Under the pieces are notes generated by a model. It ran no database searches, was not told the origin of the DNA, and saw only the letters and a program-made list of their open reading frames with translations. From Nemertoderma westbladi (taxonomy: Eukaryota; Animalia; Xenacoelomorpha), in assembly GCA_032718475.1 (NCBI GenBank), contig JAUCBJ010007821.1, forward strand, positions 81,428 through 145,427: a stretch of 64,000 nt of DNA, in the 5' to 3' direction. Positions 60,956 to 64,000 of the stretch are shown here, piece after piece. Each line of letters begins with the position of its first letter. Position 1 is the stretch's first letter. Position numbers and translations under genes: made by a program.

Positions 60956-63900
60956 ATGTCTGATACTAAGCAGAACCTGTCAGACAGTATATTAGATGTA
61001 ACTATCTGCGACTCAGATAGAGACGTACAACCGTCTGGTCGTAAGTTCAGTTCACCTCCCACTGTGAGGAAGGTCATCCCTCCAGTAGTAATAACAGAAC
61101 CTAGGCTAGTCCAACATCGTAGGTCTATCATAGGCACCCGAGCTCAGGTCAAGTGGGACCAAGAAGCAGCGGAACAGCAACAACCCGCGAGTCAAGAACT
61201 TATTCCTCAGCGGCCCAGCAGCTCCAGTAGTGAGGATACTGTAGAGCTGACACCCGAGCGCGGAGCAGAGATGACGGATGCGGCTTATACGGATCCCCTT
61301 CTCATCCTTCCTGCAGCCGTACTCACTAGGTTATTGATCGCGGTGGAAGAACACCAGATCGATTGGGCGAGAAGTCAACGGTCAACTAGAGATAGTTATG
61401 CGGGATACACGAGTGAAGAACTGAAGTCTATTGTCGAGTCGCAATGGAACTTCCCCGGACCCGGACTCCCGTTTGATTTATCAGAAGCTGCCTGGGAAGA
61501 CATACACCGGATGGGAGTAGCCAAGGAAACCATCGATCCAGCTGTGTGGAAGAGGTCCGCAGCCGGATACGCACAGGGATTCTTCAGCTCTATGGAGCGA
61601 GTAAAAGGACAACTGTTTCAACAACCACAAGGACCTCAAGAGCAGGGACAACTGCTTTATCAAGTTAGAGAAAGAATTCTGCGAATCAGGCTAATCTTAT
61701 CAGCCTTTGAGGAGGCTTCTAAACGAAGACAAGACACGTCGTTGCAAGTTGCCGTAAAGACTTGGTTTCAACGGGTGAGTCTCCAGGTTCAAGGAACAGC
61801 TCAGTGGAAAGCTCAGCTGGAGGAGCGATCAACCCATGGAGAATCAACAGACGCTACTTTTTCCCAAGTGGAAAGTGAAGCGACGGCAGAGAAACCGCAT
61901 AAGAGGGATGCCATTGACATTTATCTGTCAGACTATCAACGTTTTTTAGGTGATGACGAGTTGAGGAGAAGGTTAGAGGGACTTAGCCCTAATAGTGAAG
62001 GAACCATGCTTGTGTTGGATGCCATCGATGTGGAAATGAGGGCTGCGAATCAGGCTAAATTCGATGAACAACTCCGCATCACACGAGTCCAAGAAGAACA
62101 AGTAAAGAAAAAACGTATAGAAGACAGAAAGAAAGCAGCAGTGGTAGCTGCAGAAGCAGAAAGAAAGACGGCAGCGGCCAAGGCAAAAGCGGCAGCGGCC
62201 AAGGCAAAAGCGGCAGAGGCAGCGGCAGAGGCAAAAGCGGCAGAGGCAGAGGCAGAGGCAGCGGCAGAGGCAAAAGTGGCAGAAGCAGAACGGAAAGCGG
62301 CTGAAGAAACCACCCAATTAGAATTGGAAAACATTCAGGAGAATCAAGACTGCATAAATAAACAGTTAACAGCTAGTAATATGCAGATGATGAATCGATC
62401 TACTCCCAAAAGACAGGGATATACATCATCTGAGGAAGGCGATACCACCGATACTGAAGGCAAAGGAAATAGATCTCGTCTAAGCAGACGTAAAAGAACA
62501 TTCCACCGTCAGAAATTGCCTGATTTGCCTCCAGCTGTCAGAAAGCAACTAAATAGCACCAACTTAGGCAGTACAGAACCCACAGACCAAATAATTAAAA
62601 TAGAAAGACTCCCTACTATAGTAGATGAGCCTGAAATAATTAGGCCTGTTCTCGAAATCACCCCTTCGGTGATAGACACACCTGTGCTCCCTGAAGTTAC
62701 CTCTAAATTCCCTCTGCATAGCACTAAGCTACCTGTGCCCCATAGAACTGCCCCAGAGACAGTTCAGGTCCTGGGTCCCGATCGAAATATTCATAATTTG
62801 TCGCCCGTTGTCCATCGTCCGCCCGCTACAACGTTGGCGACTCCCGCTTCGGCGGTCGAATGGGTGGACGAGGGACGGCGGGGGATGGATATCCTGCTCG
62901 GACAGATGCAGGAGACTGTCCAGCAGTTCAAGGGCACAGTAAGGGAAAGTAGGCTAGAGTTGCAAGAAGTGCAGCAAAGTATCGCGCTAGAGCGCGATAA
63001 ATTAGTAAACACACAAAGAGGTATACCACCACCCTCAGTAACAATGTGTCAACCTGTTAGGTCTGAAGTATCTCATGCGCAAGGTGTGGAGCCTACACGC
63101 ATATATACTGCTAGCGAAGTTGAAACTCCTATAGTGAACCCTATTAAGGGTAATTATAGACCTGTTGATAATGATATTCCATATAGAACTGATCATAATC
63201 CGAGAAATTTATATACCGATAACTCGATATTAAATAACACGATGGCCCAAGAAAATTTTACGCGTCAAATGGCTAGAACCGAAGCCCGGCAAGCGGTAAA
63301 GGTGGGAGAGATCGTCAAGTTCAATGGAGATGAGATGAAATGGTTACCTTTTAATGAATATTACAAAGATAACATACAGAACTCTGTACTATCTAATGGA
63401 GAAAAACTTAGAGACCTCATCGAGTGCTTGGAAGGATCTCCCAAGTTAATGGCGTTAAAGTTTATTGGACATCCAGACGGATTAAGACAAGTTTGGGATA
63501 CACTAAACATCAGGTATGGTAATAGGAATAATATCGCTGGGTACTTGTATGCAAAGTTAGTAGCGCCCCGAAAGTTTATTAGTAGTGGAATTATCGAGTT
63601 TTCCGATGAGATCCAGGAGATCTGCAGACAATTAGATTGGCTAGGTAAGTCTCATGAGTATCAGAACACTATGGTTATTAGAGCAGTGGCTTCTACTTTA
63701 CCGAAAGGTGGAGTAGGTACACGCTGGGATAAGAAAGTGTTATATATGATGGAACAACAACGACGAGACCCTACCATGGCTGATCTCATGTCATTCCTAG
63801 ATGGAGAAGTGAAATTACAGCTCCTGAAACTGTCTAGGGAGAAGACACCGGAAAACAAGGTAAGTGAAAAACCCGTCTCTAGGAGAAAGGTAACACCAGT

Positions 63901-64000
63901 ATGTTATACAGACGACGGCGAAAGCCAGACTTCTCAAGGAGAAGATAGCGGGAAAGACACTGATAGATCTTATTACGTAAATAAAATTCCTAAAGATCAG
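60956..64000 (+). CDS. BEL/Pao Gag, second tandem copy (runs off the window end)
   Basis: Matches 56396 onward at offset 4560. Confidence 0.88.
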   Translation, partial: MSDTKQNLSDSILDVTICDSDRDVQPSGRKFSSPPTVRKVIPPVVITEPRLVQHRRSIIGTRAQVKWDQEAAEQQQPASQELIPQRPSSSSSEDTVELTPERGAEMTDAAYTDPLLILPAAVLTRLLIAVEEHQIDWARSQRSTRDSYAGYTSEELKSIVESQWNFPGPGLPFDLSEAAWEDIHRMGVAKETIDPAVWKRSAAGYAQGFFSSMERVKGQLFQQPQGPQEQGQLLYQVRERILRIRLILSAFEEASKRRQDTSLQVAVKTWFQRVSLQVQGTAQWKAQLEERSTHGESTDATFSQVESEATAEKPHKRDAIDIYLSDYQRFLGDDELRRRLEGLSPNSEGTMLVLDAIDVEMRAANQAKFDEQLRITRVQEEQVKKKRIEDRKKAAVVAAEAERKTAAAKAKAAAAKAKAAEAAAEAKAAEAEAEAAAEAKVAEAERKAAEETTQLELENIQENQDCINKQLTASNMQMMNRSTPKRQGYTSSEEGDTTDTEGKGNRSRLSRRKRTFHRQKLPDLPPAVRKQLNSTNLGSTEPTDQIIKIERLPTIVDEPEIIRPVLEITPSVIDTPVLPEVTSKFPLHSTKLPVPHRTAPETVQVLGPDRNIHNLSPVVHRPPATTLATPASAVEWVDEGRRGMDILLGQMQETVQQFKGTVRESRLELQEVQQSIALERDKLVNTQRGIPPPSVTMCQPVRSEVSHAQGVEPTRIYTASEVETPIVNPIKGNYRPVDNDIPYRTDHNPRNLYTDNSILNNTMAQENFTRQMARTEARQAVKVGEIVKFNGDEMKWLPFNEYYKDNIQNSVLSNGEKLRDLIECLEGSPKLMALKFIGHPDGLRQVWDTLNIRYGNRNNIAGYLYAKLVAPRKFISSGIIEFSDEIQEICRQLDWLGKSHEYQNTMVIRAVASTLPKGGVGTRWDKKVLYMMEQQRRDPTMADLMSFLDGEVKLQLLKLSREKTPENKVSEKPVSRRKVTPVCYTDDGESQTSQGEDSGKDTDRSYYVNKIPKDQ

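Larger units (their letters stand above)
52933..64000 (+). mobile_element. BEL/Pao family A element, copy 2, inserted into the GGCTCATTC element, with an internal tandem duplication
   Basis: TGTAAAAGC start exactly where paralogy with copy 1 of the duplication ends; leader and gag homologous to 2438-13250. Confidence 0.88.
55385..64000. repeat. 4560-bp tandem duplication (55385-59944, then 59945 to the window end)
   Basis: ORF track and sequence repeat at an offset of exactly 4560; no differences noticed by eye. Confidence 0.95.

Overview
AT-rich eukaryotic (probably invertebrate animal) DNA, dominated by transposable elements. It holds two copies of a segmental duplication (about 18645-31153 and 42421-52932), and each copy lies downstream of an array of a 38-bp satellite. 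Each copy carries a decayed BEL/Pao pol, a 39-bp Pro/Thr-coding minisatellite, several MITEs, a minimal Stealth-family (GNPTAB-like) GlcNAc-1-phosphotransferase gene and an RTE-like LINE fragment. The rest is nested retroelements: three BEL/Pao families, a CR1/L2-type LINE with a 2A motif and a GalEa-type Copia, plus a 4560-bp tandem duplication in which I saw no differences. Four observations stand out. (1) A hAT-like TIR element sits inside the Stealth ORF, and its TIRs supply an in-frame GT and AG, so it may be a transposon-derived intron. (2) The GNPTAB-like protein is stripped down to its catalytic regions. (3) A 204-bp hAT-like element carries one captured Kelch repeat. (4) The 39-bp array hides a mucin-like reading frame. 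All calls come from reading the sequence by eye, with no database searches.
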